From Ignavibacteria bacterium (GTDB taxonomy: Bacteria > Bacteroidota > Ignavibacteria > Kapaibacteriales > UBA2268), in the NCBI GenBank assembly GCA_037440445.1, contig JBBIUA010000005.1, positions 73,100 to 137,099 of the forward strand: 64,000 bases of DNA. The letters are read 5' to 3'. Within the stretch, counting starts at the first letter, position 1, and every line of letters starts with the position of its first letter. Under the pieces are notes generated by a model. That model worked only from the letters and a program-made list of their open reading frames with translations. It did not search any database and had not been told where the DNA came from. The position numbers were made by a program, and so were the translations under genes. Of this stretch, positions 1 through 10,165 are shown in pieces.

Positions 1-1
1 T

Positions 2-160
2 CTTTGGATTGGAATTTATCCGAAATTTTTCCTAAATTATTCTGAAAGTTCTGTCAAATCGGTTGTGAACAAAGTTCAAAGTATTAACTTTAACAGTACA
101 GCAAAACATAACCTTTTTTTAATAATGAAAACAATTACGGTGGTAAAAGATGATAAATGA
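2..160 (+). CDS. nuoM: NADH-quinone oxidoreductase subunit M, C-terminal fragment (5' end outside window)
   Basis: Frame is open from the window edge to TGA at 158-160. The tail LWIGIYPKFFLNYSESSVKSV resembles NuoM C-termini. It overlaps the nuoN ATG at 150, as in nuo operons. Confidence 0.55.
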   Translation, partial: LWIGIYPKFFLNYSESSVKSVVNKVQSINFNSTAKHNLFLIMKTITVVKDDK

Positions 161-1619
161 ATTTTTATCCTTAATGCCTTTGGTTATTATATCTGTCGCT
201 ACAATTGTTTTTATTGTTTTAGATGGAATTTTAAAAAACAAAAAACTAAACTTTTGGGGAACATTACTGACTTTGATTGTTACCTTTGTTTTTGTATTTA
301 TTTCCATTCAATATTTGCAAGTAGTTTCCACTGTCAATTCCGACCAACTAATTACTAAAGGTATTATTTCTTTTAATGGCATCTCTTATTTTTTTGACCT
401 TATTTTTCTTCTTTCAGGAATTTTGACAATGCTTTCGTCTCGTGATTATCAAAGGGCTAAGTACATTGAACTCAACGAGTTTTATTCTTTGATTTTATTT
501 TCTGTTTTAGGTATGATGATAATTTCTCATTCAAATAACCTGCTTACCTTGTTTTTAGGTATCGAAACAATGTCGTTGAGCTTTTATGTGCTTGCCGGTT
601 TCTTTAGGAAATCAAACGAAAGTGTTGAATCGGCCATTAAATATTTTTTATTAGGTGCTTTCGCTACTGGTTTCCTGGTTTATGGTATTGCTTTCATTTA
701 CGGTGCAACCAAATCACTTGATTTTGCCTACATTTCAGGGATTGTTCAAGAAGGTAATTTTATTAAAATTTACTTTCTAATTGGTTCTGCATTGGTATTA
801 ATTGGTTTGTCCTTCAAAATTGCTGCATTTCCATTTCATCAATGGGCGCCTGATGTTTATACAGGCTCTCCAACAACAATTGCTGGATTTATGAGTACTG
901 CTGGCAAGGCTTCTGCTATTTTCGGTTTTTACCTTGTATTTAGGTATATTATTTTTCCTTATTCAGGTATAAATTTAACTCAAACCATTTCATCACAATT
1001 CCAGTTTGTGCTTGCTATTATTTCAGCTCTCACGATGCTTGTGGGTAATTTTATCGCTCTTGTACAAAAGAATGTTAAAAGAATGCTTGCTTATTCAAGC
1101 GTCGCCCATGCTGGCTACTTATTAATGGGTATAGTGTCCAATAATCCTCAAGGTTGGAACGCTATTGCTTATTATTCATTATCTTATCTACTGATGCAAC
1201 TTGGCGCCTTTTTAATTCTTTCAACAATTGAAAATACAGAAAAGGGTTTCGTTACTTTTGAAGATTTCTCGGGTTTTTCTAAAAAACATCCTTTTGTTGC
1301 TGCAACAATGTCAGTCTTTATGCTTTCTTTAGCAGGAATTCCACCACTTGCTGGCTTCTTTGGTAAATATTTGTTGTTTGTTTCAGCAATTAAAGCTGGT
1401 TTCCTTTGGCTTACAATAATTGCAGTAATTTCTTCCATAATTTCAATGTATTACTACATTGGATTAATTCTTTTTATGTATTTCAAAGAGGAAAAAGAAG
1501 CCATAACGCCTCGGTTTGGTTTGCCAGCAATTGCTATTGTTATTTGTTTGGCTGGAACAATAATTTTTGGAATTGTTCCCCAATATATTGTTGATTTTAC
1601 TGATTCGTTGCTCAGATGA
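150..1619 (+). CDS. nuoN: NADH-quinone oxidoreductase subunit N
   Basis: 489-aa polytopic membrane protein with NuoN/ND2-type motifs (FKIAAFPFHQWAPDVYTGSPT, KRMLAYSSVAHAGY, LSLAGIPPLAGFFGK). Confidence 0.9.
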   Translation: MINEFLSLMPLVIISVATIVFIVLDGILKNKKLNFWGTLLTLIVTFVFVFISIQYLQVVSTVNSDQLITKGIISFNGISYFFDLIFLLSGILTMLSSRDYQRAKYIELNEFYSLILFSVLGMMIISHSNNLLTLFLGIETMSLSFYVLAGFFRKSNESVESAIKYFLLGAFATGFLVYGIAFIYGATKSLDFAYISGIVQEGNFIKIYFLIGSALVLIGLSFKIAAFPFHQWAPDVYTGSPTTIAGFMSTAGKASAIFGFYLVFRYIIFPYSGINLTQTISSQFQFVLAIISALTMLVGNFIALVQKNVKRMLAYSSVAHAGYLLMGIVSNNPQGWNAIAYYSLSYLLMQLGAFLILSTIENTEKGFVTFEDFSGFSKKHPFVAATMSVFMLSLAGIPPLAGFFGKYLLFVSAIKAGFLWLTIIAVISSIISMYYYIGLILFMYFKEEKEAITPRFGLPAIAIVICLAGTIIFGIVPQYIVDFTDSLLR

Positions 1620-2419
1620 TTTTAAAAAATTCGAAGATATTTACAATTAAATTTATTACTTTAATTTTTTTACTATCTAATTTAGCCTCAATTTCCAAGA
1701 GTCAATTTCGTTACCATCCAAACGAAGCATTTGGTTTTGGCGAGCGTCTCGATTACAAAGTTCGGTATGGTTTTATCGTTGCTGGTGAAGGATATCTTCA
1801 TATTTTACCGAAACCAATTTATAGAAATGGACGGCTCTGCTATGATATTCGTTTTCAAGTTAATTCCCTAAAATCTCTTGAGTGGATTTATAGGGTTCGC
1901 GATTGGTACAGCACTGTTTTGGACGTTGAAGGGATTTTTCCCTGGGAATTTGAACAACATATTCGCGAAGGAAATTATAAACGTGATTTTAAGGCTGTAT
2001 TCGACCAAGAAAACAATTTTGCATACGCCGAAGGAAAAAAATATCCAGTTCCTCCTTATGTTCACGACATTGTTTCTGCATTCTATTATGTAAGAACCTT
2101 GCCATTAGGGAAAATGCCAAAAGATACTGTGTTCTATTTATATAACTTCTTTAAAGATTCTACTTACAAGTTAGGAGTTAAAATTTTGGGAAAGCAAATC
2201 GTCGAGGTTGAAGCAGGTAAATTTCGTTGCGTTGTTGTTGAACCCTTGGTAGTAGAAGGAGGGTTGTTTAAAAGCGAGGGTTCAATTTATGTTTGGTTGA
2301 CCGATGATGATAGAAAAATACCTGTTAAAGTTGCTACCAAAATTCTGATTGGATATGTGTCTGCAGACCTCGTTTCATACCGAGGTATCAGAGGTCCAAT
2401 TAATGCTAAATTGAATTAG
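1616..2419 (+). CDS. DUF3108-like secreted protein
   Basis: Has an N-terminal signal-like segment. GERLDYKVRYGFIVAGEG and the C-terminal beta-rich region resemble the DUF3108 family. Its start overlaps the nuoN stop (ATGA). Confidence 0.55.
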   Translation: MILKNSKIFTIKFITLIFLLSNLASISKSQFRYHPNEAFGFGERLDYKVRYGFIVAGEGYLHILPKPIYRNGRLCYDIRFQVNSLKSLEWIYRVRDWYSTVLDVEGIFPWEFEQHIREGNYKRDFKAVFDQENNFAYAEGKKYPVPPYVHDIVSAFYYVRTLPLGKMPKDTVFYLYNFFKDSTYKLGVKILGKQIVEVEAGKFRCVVVEPLVVEGGLFKSEGSIYVWLTDDDRKIPVKVATKILIGYVSADLVSYRGIRGPINAKLN

Positions 2420-3148
2420 TTGGTTTTGAAAAACTGGGGTTTACATATATTTTCCGATTTTGATGGGACAATTACCTTGTCCGATGTGTGTATCGATATC
2501 ATCAAAAGATTTGGTGACAAGGAGCCTTATCTTTCTTTCCTTTCTAATGGCACTCTTTCTTTGAAGGAATTTTGGTTCAAAGTGCTAAAAACATTTCCAA
2601 AAGCGCTGACATTAGATGAAATCAATGAATTTGTTTATAACAATGTGCAAGTTGACCCATTTTTTTTAGATTTTGTTGATTTCTGCCGAAAAAATTATAT
2701 CCCATTCGAGATTCTAAGTGATGGTTTTGAGTTTTACATTCAGACAACTTTGAAAAAATTGGGTATCAATAATATTCCTTTTTATGGAAATCAATTAATT
2801 AAAAAAGAAGGTATTTTTATTCCAGTTTTTTCCTATGCAAATGAATCTTGCAATTGCGAAAATGTTGGCTCGTGTAAACGAAATATTGCCTTAACAAGGC
2901 TGAAAGACGACGAAGTCTTGGTTTATATTGGTGACGGTTATTCAGATTTTTGTATGGTGGAATACTCCGATATAGTTTTTGCAAAAGGTATATTGAGTAA
3001 ATATTGTAATAATAAAAGAATTCCACATTACAACTACAAAACTTTTTCAGAAATAATAAAAGTGTTAAAGAAAATCATTCAGAATAAAACAGTCAAACCA
3101 AGGCGACAAGTCCAGTTGAATAGAAAAAAGGCATTCGAAGTAGAATAG
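2420..3148 (+). CDS. HAD-IB phosphatase, MtnX-like (2,3-diketo-5-methylthio-1-phosphopentane phosphatase family)
   Basis: HAD motif I DFDGTIT lies near the N-terminus and motif IV is IGDGYSDF. A Cys cluster CNCENVGSCK is typical of the MtnX subgroup. The TTG start directly follows the upstream TAG. Confidence 0.6.
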   Translation: MVLKNWGLHIFSDFDGTITLSDVCIDIIKRFGDKEPYLSFLSNGTLSLKEFWFKVLKTFPKALTLDEINEFVYNNVQVDPFFLDFVDFCRKNYIPFEILSDGFEFYIQTTLKKLGINNIPFYGNQLIKKEGIFIPVFSYANESCNCENVGSCKRNIALTRLKDDEVLVYIGDGYSDFCMVEYSDIVFAKGILSKYCNNKRIPHYNYKTFSEIIKVLKKIIQNKTVKPRRQVQLNRKKAFEVE

Positions 3149-3157
3149 AAAAAACAT

Positions 3158-4690
3158 TTACTCCCATTCAATAGTTCCAGGAGGTTTGCTTGTAATATCG
3201 TAAACAACCCGATTTATTCCTTTAACTTCATTGATTATTCTCGTGGAAACTTTATCAAGAACATCATAAGGGAATTTAAACCAATCGGCTGTCATTCCAT
3301 CAAGACTTACCACAGCCCGCAGGGCGCATACATTTTCATAGGTGCGTTCGTCACCCATAACTCCAACTGACTTTACAGGAAGTAGCACAGCAAATGCTTG
3401 CCAAATTTCGTTGTAAAGATTTGCTTTTCTAATTTCCTCGATGAAAATATCATCGGCGCGCCTCAAAATGTTAAGACTTTCAGGGGTAACTTCCCCAATA
3501 ATGCGAATTGCTAATCCTGGGCCTGGAAATGGGTGTCGTTCTATGAACCATTCAGGCACACCAAGTTCTTTTCCGACCAAGCGAACTTCGTCTTTGAATA
3601 ACTCCCGGAATGGTTCTAAGACTTTAAGATTCATCTTTTCGGGTAAACCACCCACGTTGTGGTGGGATTTAATAGTTGCAGAAGGTCCTTTAACGGATGT
3701 GGATTCTATAACATCTGGGTAAAGAGTGCCTTGGGCAAGCCACTTTGCTTGTGGAATTTTTTTTGCTTCACTCTCAAAAAGTTCAATGAAAGTTTTACCA
3801 ATAATTTTACGTTTTTCTTCTGGGTCTATGATTCCTTTTAGTCGGGAAAGGAATATCTCTCCAGCATCTAAAAAAATTAAGGGTATTTTAAAACTTTTTT
3901 TGAATAAATCAACTATAGTTTTGCTTTCGTTCATTCTCATTAAACCAGTATCAATATGAATGCAATGAAGTTGGTCCCCAATTGCTTTTTGCAGTAGGAC
4001 GGCAGCAACTGTTGAATCCACTCCACCACTTAGGGCTAATATTACATCGTCGGTTCTAACTTTTTCACGAATCGATTTTATTTGGTTATCAATAAAAGAA
4101 GAAGTATTCCAAATTTCTTTACATTCACAAACATTTCTAACGAAGTTTTCAAGAATTTTTTTTCCATATTCGGTATGATGGACTTCTGGATGAAATTGGA
4201 GTCCATAAATATTTCTATTAATCGATTTTATTGCAGAAATAGAATTTTCAGTTGTACCAAGAACTTTAAAATTTTCTGGAAGTCTTTCAATTCTGTCGCC
4301 ATGACTCATCCAGACAAAAGATTCTTTTGGCAGATTTTCAAATATTGGGTCATCTATTTCTATTTTGAACTTTGCCCGACCGTATTCTCTTTTGGCGGCT
4401 TTATCAACCTTCCCTCCAAGATGATAACTTATTAGTTGCAAACCATAACAAATACCAAGTATGGGGATGTTGAGATTAAATATTGCTTTATCGGGATGTG
4501 GAGAATTTGTCTCATAAACGCTTGAGGGTCCACCAGATAAAATTATTCCTTTTGGATTGAGATTTAAAATGTCTTGAATTGAAATGTTATAAGGGTAGAT
4601 TTCAGAATAAACACCACATTCGCGGATTTTTCGAGCAATTAGTTGAGTATATTGTGACCCAAAATCTAAAATAATTACTTTTTCATTCAT
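3158..4690 (-). CDS. guaA: GMP synthase (glutamine-hydrolysing)
   Basis: GATase domain ([14 protein letters not shown]), PP-loop SGGVDS, and the conserved C-terminus [12 protein letters not shown]. Confidence 0.95.
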   Translation of the reverse strand: MNEKVIILDFGSQYTQLIARKIRECGVYSEIYPYNISIQDILNLNPKGIILSGGPSSVYETNSPHPDKAIFNLNIPILGICYGLQLISYHLGGKVDKAAKREYGRAKFKIEIDDPIFENLPKESFVWMSHGDRIERLPENFKVLGTTENSISAIKSINRNIYGLQFHPEVHHTEYGKKILENFVRNVCECKEIWNTSSFIDNQIKSIREKVRTDDVILALSGGVDSTVAAVLLQKAIGDQLHCIHIDTGLMRMNESKTIVDLFKKSFKIPLIFLDAGEIFLSRLKGIIDPEEKRKIIGKTFIELFESEAKKIPQAKWLAQGTLYPDVIESTSVKGPSATIKSHHNVGGLPEKMNLKVLEPFRELFKDEVRLVGKELGVPEWFIERHPFPGPGLAIRIIGEVTPESLNILRRADDIFIEEIRKANLYNEIWQAFAVLLPVKSVGVMGDERTYENVCALRAVVSLDGMTADWFKFPYDVLDKVSTRIINEVKGINRVVYDITSKPPGTIEWE

Positions 4691-4921
4691 TGATTAACTC
4701 AAAAAAACGAAATTACCGAATAATGTAATTTTAGCAAAAAAGATATTTGAGATTATTTATTTTATTAAATTGTCATTTTATTATGATTTTAAAGATGGTT
4801 TCTTTTTCTGAAAAAAGAAAAATTAATCAAACTAAATATATTTTTAAAATAACTAAGAAGTAATGCAAAGAATATTAAAACATTCAATTTACTTGTTTTT
4901 CAAAACAATTAAGGGGAATTT

Positions 4922-6103
4922 ATGAAAAGTTTAACTATCTTTATACTTGGAGTAATTTTGACGTTCTCTTTTATTTCTTGTGTTAATAATTCTCCTATCG
5001 ATGATGAAATGTTCAATTCGAGCCGTAATAATCATTACATTGTTTTTTTGACTTTTCCTAATACAGATGAGACCCTCAACCCAATTAACTTAGAAACATA
5101 TGTTCTTAGATTTTTGGAACGTCACAAAATTGCCAGAACAAAAGTAACTCACATTTACTCTTCTTTGGTTATTGGTTTTTCTGCATATTTAACTAATGAA
5201 GAATTGATAAAAATCAAATCTGACCCCGATGTTTCTCTTGTGGATATTGATAAAATGAAGGGTATTGACCCTGAAGAAACCGAAGAGGTTAAGCAAGAAA
5301 ACAAACCTTTAGCTTCGACTCAAACTATTCCTTGGGGAATTTTAGCGATCGGTGGTTTTTATAATTGTGAAAGAAGTTTTAGGATTGGTTGGATTGTTGA
5401 TACTGGAATAGAACTTGACCATCCCGACTTAAATGTGGTTCAAAGCTTGTCTCGAACTTTCGTCCGGACTGGTAATGATTCATTAACACCAAATGATTTT
5501 CATGGGCACGGAACTCACGTTGCTGGTATTGTTGCCGCAAAGGACAATGATTTTGGTGTGGTTGGTGTAGCAGCAGGGAATAAACTTGCGGCTATAAAAG
5601 TTCTTTCAAGCAGTGGTTGGGGATGGGATTCCGATATCATTGCGGGATTAGATTATATTTCGAAACGAGGGAAACCTGGTGATGTTGTTAATATGAGTCT
5701 TGGGGGAGAGGTTTCTCCTGCTTTGGATCAAGCTGTAGTTGCTTTAGGTAATAAAGGTTTTTTAGTTGTTCTTGCCGCTGGGAATTCTCGAATTGATGCA
5801 AAGTATTTTTCACCTGCACGTGCCAATGGAAGGAATATTTTTACAGTTTCGGCTCACGATATTAACAATAATTTTGCATCTTTTTCTAATTTTGGAAATC
5901 CACCGATTGATTATTGTGCACCAGGAGTTAGTATTTATTCCACATACAAAAACGGAAGTTATGCAACAATGAGTGGAACCTCGATGGCGGCGCCTCATGT
6001 GTCGGGAATCCTTTTGGCTAATAATAAAGTTGTATTTGTTCGAGGAACAGTCAAATTTGATCCCGATTTTGTTCCCGACAGGTTAGCTTCGAGGAAACCG
6101 TAA
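4922..6103 (+). CDS. Subtilisin-family (S8) serine protease, probable lipoprotein with I9-like propeptide
   Basis: Lipobox FISC. Catalytic triad motifs are VDTGI (Asp codon 5399-5401), HGHGTHVAG (His 5507-5509) and GTSMAAPHVSG (Ser 5981-5983). SD GGGGA precedes the ATG. Confidence 0.85.
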   Translation: MKSLTIFILGVILTFSFISCVNNSPIDDEMFNSSRNNHYIVFLTFPNTDETLNPINLETYVLRFLERHKIARTKVTHIYSSLVIGFSAYLTNEELIKIKSDPDVSLVDIDKMKGIDPEETEEVKQENKPLASTQTIPWGILAIGGFYNCERSFRIGWIVDTGIELDHPDLNVVQSLSRTFVRTGNDSLTPNDFHGHGTHVAGIVAAKDNDFGVVGVAAGNKLAAIKVLSSSGWGWDSDIIAGLDYISKRGKPGDVVNMSLGGEVSPALDQAVVALGNKGFLVVLAAGNSRIDAKYFSPARANGRNIFTVSAHDINNNFASFSNFGNPPIDYCAPGVSIYSTYKNGSYATMSGTSMAAPHVSGILLANNKVVFVRGTVKFDPDFVPDRLASRKP

Positions 6104-6214
6104 CTTAATTTTGTTTTATTGGCCAAAATAAAACCTTTCTGTCCTTGAAATTTGGATTGTGAAATACATCCAGATGTAAGTCGTCTTTTTATATTATTTT
6201 TAAAGGGATTTCAA

Positions 6215-9200
6215 ATGTTCGGTTTTCTTAAAAAGTTCATCAAGACAAAGCATGAAAAAGATATTCAAAGACTAAAGCCGATTGTTGCAAAAATTAATGA
6301 ATATTATGAAAAATTTGATGCCCTAACCGATGAAGAAATCAGATCAAAGACTGATGAATTTAGGCAGTTAATTCAAAGTCGAATTAGTGATTTTGAAAAA
6401 AGAAAGGAGCAACTTATTGAAAGACTGAAAAGTGAAGTTTTAACCCCTGATGAAGTTTCCGATATTAGGGCTGAAATAAAGAAAATAGACCAGCAAATTT
6501 TTGACACAGTTGAAGAAGTTCTAAATGAAATTCTCCCCCAGGCTTACGCAGTAGTAAAGCAGGCTTGTAAAAGGCTGAAAGAACGAGGGCATGCATATAC
6601 TTACACCGGCCAGCATTATGTTTGGGATATGGTTCCTTTCGATGTCCAATTGATGGGGGCTATAGTTTTACACGAAGGGAAAATTGCTGAAATGGCAACA
6701 GGCGAAGGGAAAACACTTGTTGCAGTAATGCCTTTGTATTTGAATTCTTTGGCTGGAAAGGGTTGTCATCTTATTACTGTTAATGATTATCTTGCCCGAA
6801 GAGATGCAGAATGGATGAAACCTGTTTATGATTTTCTCGGCGTAAGTGTGGGGATTATTCAATCGAATATGAGTACTGAGCAAAGGCAGAAAGAATATGC
6901 CTGTGATATTACATATGGGACGAACAACGAGTTCGGTTTCGATTATCTTCGAGATAATATGGTTATTGATGCGAGCGATATTGTTCAGCGGGGACATTGG
7001 TATGCAATTGTTGACGAAGTTGATTCTGTTTTAATTGATGAAGCAAGGACACCATTGATTATTTCTGGACCTGTGGAGCATACAACTGACGCAATTTTTC
7101 AAGAGATGGAGCCGCGAGTCCGAAGGCTAGTGGAAGCACAAACAAAATTAGTCAATCAGATTGTCGGTGAAGCCCAAAAACTTTTAGAATCTGGGAATGA
7201 TGAAGATAGAGAAAAAGCAGGGGTATTGTTGCTCCGCGCATATCGAGGTTTGCCTAAGCATAAGCGATTAACTAAAATTTTGCAGGAGCCTGAATATTTA
7301 AAGTTGATGAAAGATACTGAATTACTTTACCTTCGCGATCAGGGACGTAGGATGCATGAAATAGATGAGGAGTTGTATTATACAATTGACGAAAAAAATC
7401 ATAATGTCGATATAACTGAGAAAGGAAGACAATTACTTTGTAATGCCCAAGAAGATCCGAATATGTTTGTAATTCCAGATGTAGCTACTGAATTGAGTAT
7501 TATCGAAGGAGACATTTCGCTAACACCAGAGGAAAAACAAAAGAGAAAAGATGATTTATACGTACTTTACTCGGAACGAAGCGAAAAAATACATGCTATA
7601 AATCAACTTTTGGTTGCTTTTTCGCTTTATGAAAAGGATGTAGAATATGTTGTTCAGGACGGAAAAGTTCTGATAGTAGATGAGTTTACTGGAAGAATTC
7701 TTGAAGGAAGACGATATTCCGAAGGATTACATCAGGCAATCGAAGCAAAAGAACATGTTAGGGTTGAACGCGATACTCAAACGTTGGCTACAATTACAAT
7801 ACAAAACTATTTTCGAATGTATAAGAAGCTCGCCGGAATGACAGGAACCGCAGAAACAGAAGCATTGGAATTTGAAAAAATTTATGGCCTCGAAGTTGTT
7901 GTCATTCCTACAAATAAGCCAGTGATTAGAATTGACAAAGATGATTTGATTTTTAGAACGAAGCGAGAAAAATATAATGCAATAATTCAAGCCATCGAAG
8001 AGGAACTTAAACGTGGGCGAGCAGTTTTAGTTGGAACTACAAGTGTAGAGGTTTCCGAGTTACTCAGTAAAATGCTTCGCAGGAAAGGTATTCCACATAA
8101 TGTTTTGAATGCAAAACATCACCAGCGTGAGGCAGAAATTATTGCTCAAGCAGGTAGAAAGGGCACTGTAACTATTGCAACTAATATGGCTGGTCGTGGA
8201 ACAGATATAAAAATTGACCACGAGGTAAGGAAGAATGGGGGATTGGCGATAATTGGTTCCGAAAGACACGAAGCGAGAAGAATAGATAGACAATTGCGTG
8301 GTAGATCTGGTCGACAAGGCGACCCTGGAACTTCACAGTTCTTTATTTCATTGGAAGATGATTTAATGCGTCTTTTTGGTGGGGAAAGAATCGCAAGCAT
8401 TATGCAACGATTAAAAATTCCAGAAGGCGAACCAATTCAACATCCAATGATAACCAAAAATGTTGAACGTGCTCAGAAGAAAGTTGAAGAAAATAATTTT
8501 GGTATCCGAAAAAGGCTACTTGAATACGATAATGTAATGAATCAACAACGAGAAGTAATTTATACAAGAAGAAGGAATGCTTTGACCGGGGAGCGCCTCC
8601 GCCCAGAAATATTTGAATATATCGAAGACCTGGCTTACGAATGGTATGATGAGTTTCATCCTGATTTGAAAGTTGAAGATTTGAAAAATGTTGTGCGTTC
8701 AAATTTGCTTTGCGAATTACAACTTACAAAGGAAGAATTTGAACATCTTAAAAAAGAAGAAGTGGTACAGAGAATACTGGATACCGCAAAGGAATTTTAC
8801 GACCGCAAAGAACAATTGCTTGGTACTGAATTTATGGCTCAACTCGAACGAATTGCGACCTTACAAATAATTGACAATAAATGGCGTGAACATCTACGCG
8901 AAATGGATGATCTTCGTGAAGGAATTCATTTACGAAGCTACGGGCAGAAGGATCCATTGTTGGAATACAAGGCAGAGGCGTATAAATTATTTGTGGATTT
9001 AATTCAATCAATAAATAAAGAAATTGTTCGGTTCGTATTTCGATACTTTCCACCTATTGTTGAACGCGAAGTTAAAGTCGGTAGAGGAAGGAGGGTTCTT
9101 CCTACTCTTCGAAGAGCCACTCCAGAACCTGCTAATTTGCAATTTTCTCATTCTTCGGAGTTGCCTCAATTTATTGTGGCACCCTTTGCAAAACAGCAGG

Positions 9201-9340
9201 CTGACTCACATCAAGAAATTCTTCCAGTTCAAACATATCGTAAAACCGAAAAGGAAGTAGGGAGAAATGACCCCTGCCCTTGTGGAAGCGGGAAGAAATA
9301 TAAACATTGCCACGGAAGAAAGGTAAATATTTCTAATTAG
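6215..9340 (+). CDS. secA: Preprotein translocase ATPase SecA
   Basis: Walker A MATGEGKT, DEVDSVLIDEARTPLIISG, TNMAGRGTDI, and a C-terminal zinc motif CPCGSGKKYKHCHG. The internal ATG at 6215 (MFGFLKKF) is preferred over the upstream TTG at 6152. Confidence 0.95.
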   Translation: MFGFLKKFIKTKHEKDIQRLKPIVAKINEYYEKFDALTDEEIRSKTDEFRQLIQSRISDFEKRKEQLIERLKSEVLTPDEVSDIRAEIKKIDQQIFDTVEEVLNEILPQAYAVVKQACKRLKERGHAYTYTGQHYVWDMVPFDVQLMGAIVLHEGKIAEMATGEGKTLVAVMPLYLNSLAGKGCHLITVNDYLARRDAEWMKPVYDFLGVSVGIIQSNMSTEQRQKEYACDITYGTNNEFGFDYLRDNMVIDASDIVQRGHWYAIVDEVDSVLIDEARTPLIISGPVEHTTDAIFQEMEPRVRRLVEAQTKLVNQIVGEAQKLLESGNDEDREKAGVLLLRAYRGLPKHKRLTKILQEPEYLKLMKDTELLYLRDQGRRMHEIDEELYYTIDEKNHNVDITEKGRQLLCNAQEDPNMFVIPDVATELSIIEGDISLTPEEKQKRKDDLYVLYSERSEKIHAINQLLVAFSLYEKDVEYVVQDGKVLIVDEFTGRILEGRRYSEGLHQAIEAKEHVRVERDTQTLATITIQNYFRMYKKLAGMTGTAETEALEFEKIYGLEVVVIPTNKPVIRIDKDDLIFRTKREKYNAIIQAIEEELKRGRAVLVGTTSVEVSELLSKMLRRKGIPHNVLNAKHHQREAEIIAQAGRKGTVTIATNMAGRGTDIKIDHEVRKNGGLAIIGSERHEARRIDRQLRGRSGRQGDPGTSQFFISLEDDLMRLFGGERIASIMQRLKIPEGEPIQHPMITKNVERAQKKVEENNFGIRKRLLEYDNVMNQQREVIYTRRRNALTGERLRPEIFEYIEDLAYEWYDEFHPDLKVEDLKNVVRSNLLCELQLTKEEFEHLKKEEVVQRILDTAKEFYDRKEQLLGTEFMAQLERIATLQIIDNKWREHLREMDDLREGIHLRSYGQKDPLLEYKAEAYKLFVDLIQSINKEIVRFVFRYFPPIVEREVKVGRGRRVLPTLRRATPEPANLQFSHSSELPQFIVAPFAKQQADSHQEILPVQTYRKTEKEVGRNDPCPCGSGKKYKHCHGRKVNISN

Positions 9341-9388
9341 CCTATCTTGTATTTGTTTTTTTTAAATTTTTTAAGATTTTGAAATTCT

Positions 9389-10165
9389 ATGGTATTAATG
9401 AGAAAAGATTTTTTAAAGAAGGAAAATCCAGTTTTGGATATTTATTCGAAATCTCAATTTAGATTGAATCGGTTGATTGCCGAAGCAGGGCTGACTTCCC
9501 GTCGTAAAGCCGATGAACTTATCAAATCAGGCGTGGTTAAGGTTAATGGCAGAGTGGTCACTAAATTGGGTACAATCGTTTCTCACAACGATTTAGTAAC
9601 AGTTAACGGTAAGCCAATAAAATTGTTGAAACGCTATGAGTATATCATTGTTAACAAACCCAAGGATGTAATTTGTACAGTTAAGGATGAAAAAGGGAGG
9701 AAAACAATTGTTGAATTGGTTCAAACCAGGAACAGAGTTTATCCAGTTGGGCGTTTAGATAGGAATACTACTGGTGTTATTTTGCTTACAAACGATGGGG
9801 AACTGGCAAATCGGTTAATGCATCCAAAATTTCAAGTGCCAAGAGTTTACAATGTTGGATTAGATAAACCTTTGAAGCCAGAACATGCAAAAGAAATTGC
9901 TCGTGGTGTTGAAATCGAAGGTATAAAATATAGTAAATGTGAATTATTTATTGATTTCAAAGACCCCAAAAAAGTTCAAGTTTCCTTAACTGAAGGTAAA
10001 AATCATGAAATAAAAAAAATGTTCGAGCATTTTGGTTACATCGTAAGAAAACTGGACAGGAAATCATTTGGAAATTTAACTACGCGTGGACTAAAACGTG
10101 GAGAGTGGAGGCATTTAACAAAGAGAGAAATTCATAATTTAAAAAGACTTGTTGATTTAATTTAA
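9389..10165 (+). CDS. rluB: Pseudouridine synthase, RsuA/RluB family with S4 domain
   Basis: S4 RNA-binding N-terminus (RLNRLIAEAGLTSRRKADELI) and the catalytic motif GRLDRNTTGVILLTNDG. Confidence 0.8.
   Translation: MVLMRKDFLKKENPVLDIYSKSQFRLNRLIAEAGLTSRRKADELIKSGVVKVNGRVVTKLGTIVSHNDLVTVNGKPIKLLKRYEYIIVNKPKDVICTVKDEKGRKTIVELVQTRNRVYPVGRLDRNTTGVILLTNDGELANRLMHPKFQVPRVYNVGLDKPLKPEHAKEIARGVEIEGIKYSKCELFIDFKDPKKVQVSLTEGKNHEIKKMFEHFGYIVRKLDRKSFGNLTTRGLKRGEWRHLTKREIHNLKRLVDLI

Noticed and set aside
4691-4921. Possible purine riboswitch or structured leader upstream of guaA
   Set aside because: The region is almost pure A/T, has no conserved purine-riboswitch core, and forms no stable helices.
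6152-6214. N-terminal extensions in the ORF track (secA 6152, leuS to 28473, porU 28500, porV 32582, tatA to 46828, tatB-like to 46656, lysS 58622, EF-G 56387, GWxTD 61633)
   Set aside because: In each case an internal ATG gives the conserved family N-terminus or a signal peptide. Most are also preceded by an SD, though the tatB-like start lacks one. The extensions overlap neighbouring genes or promoters.
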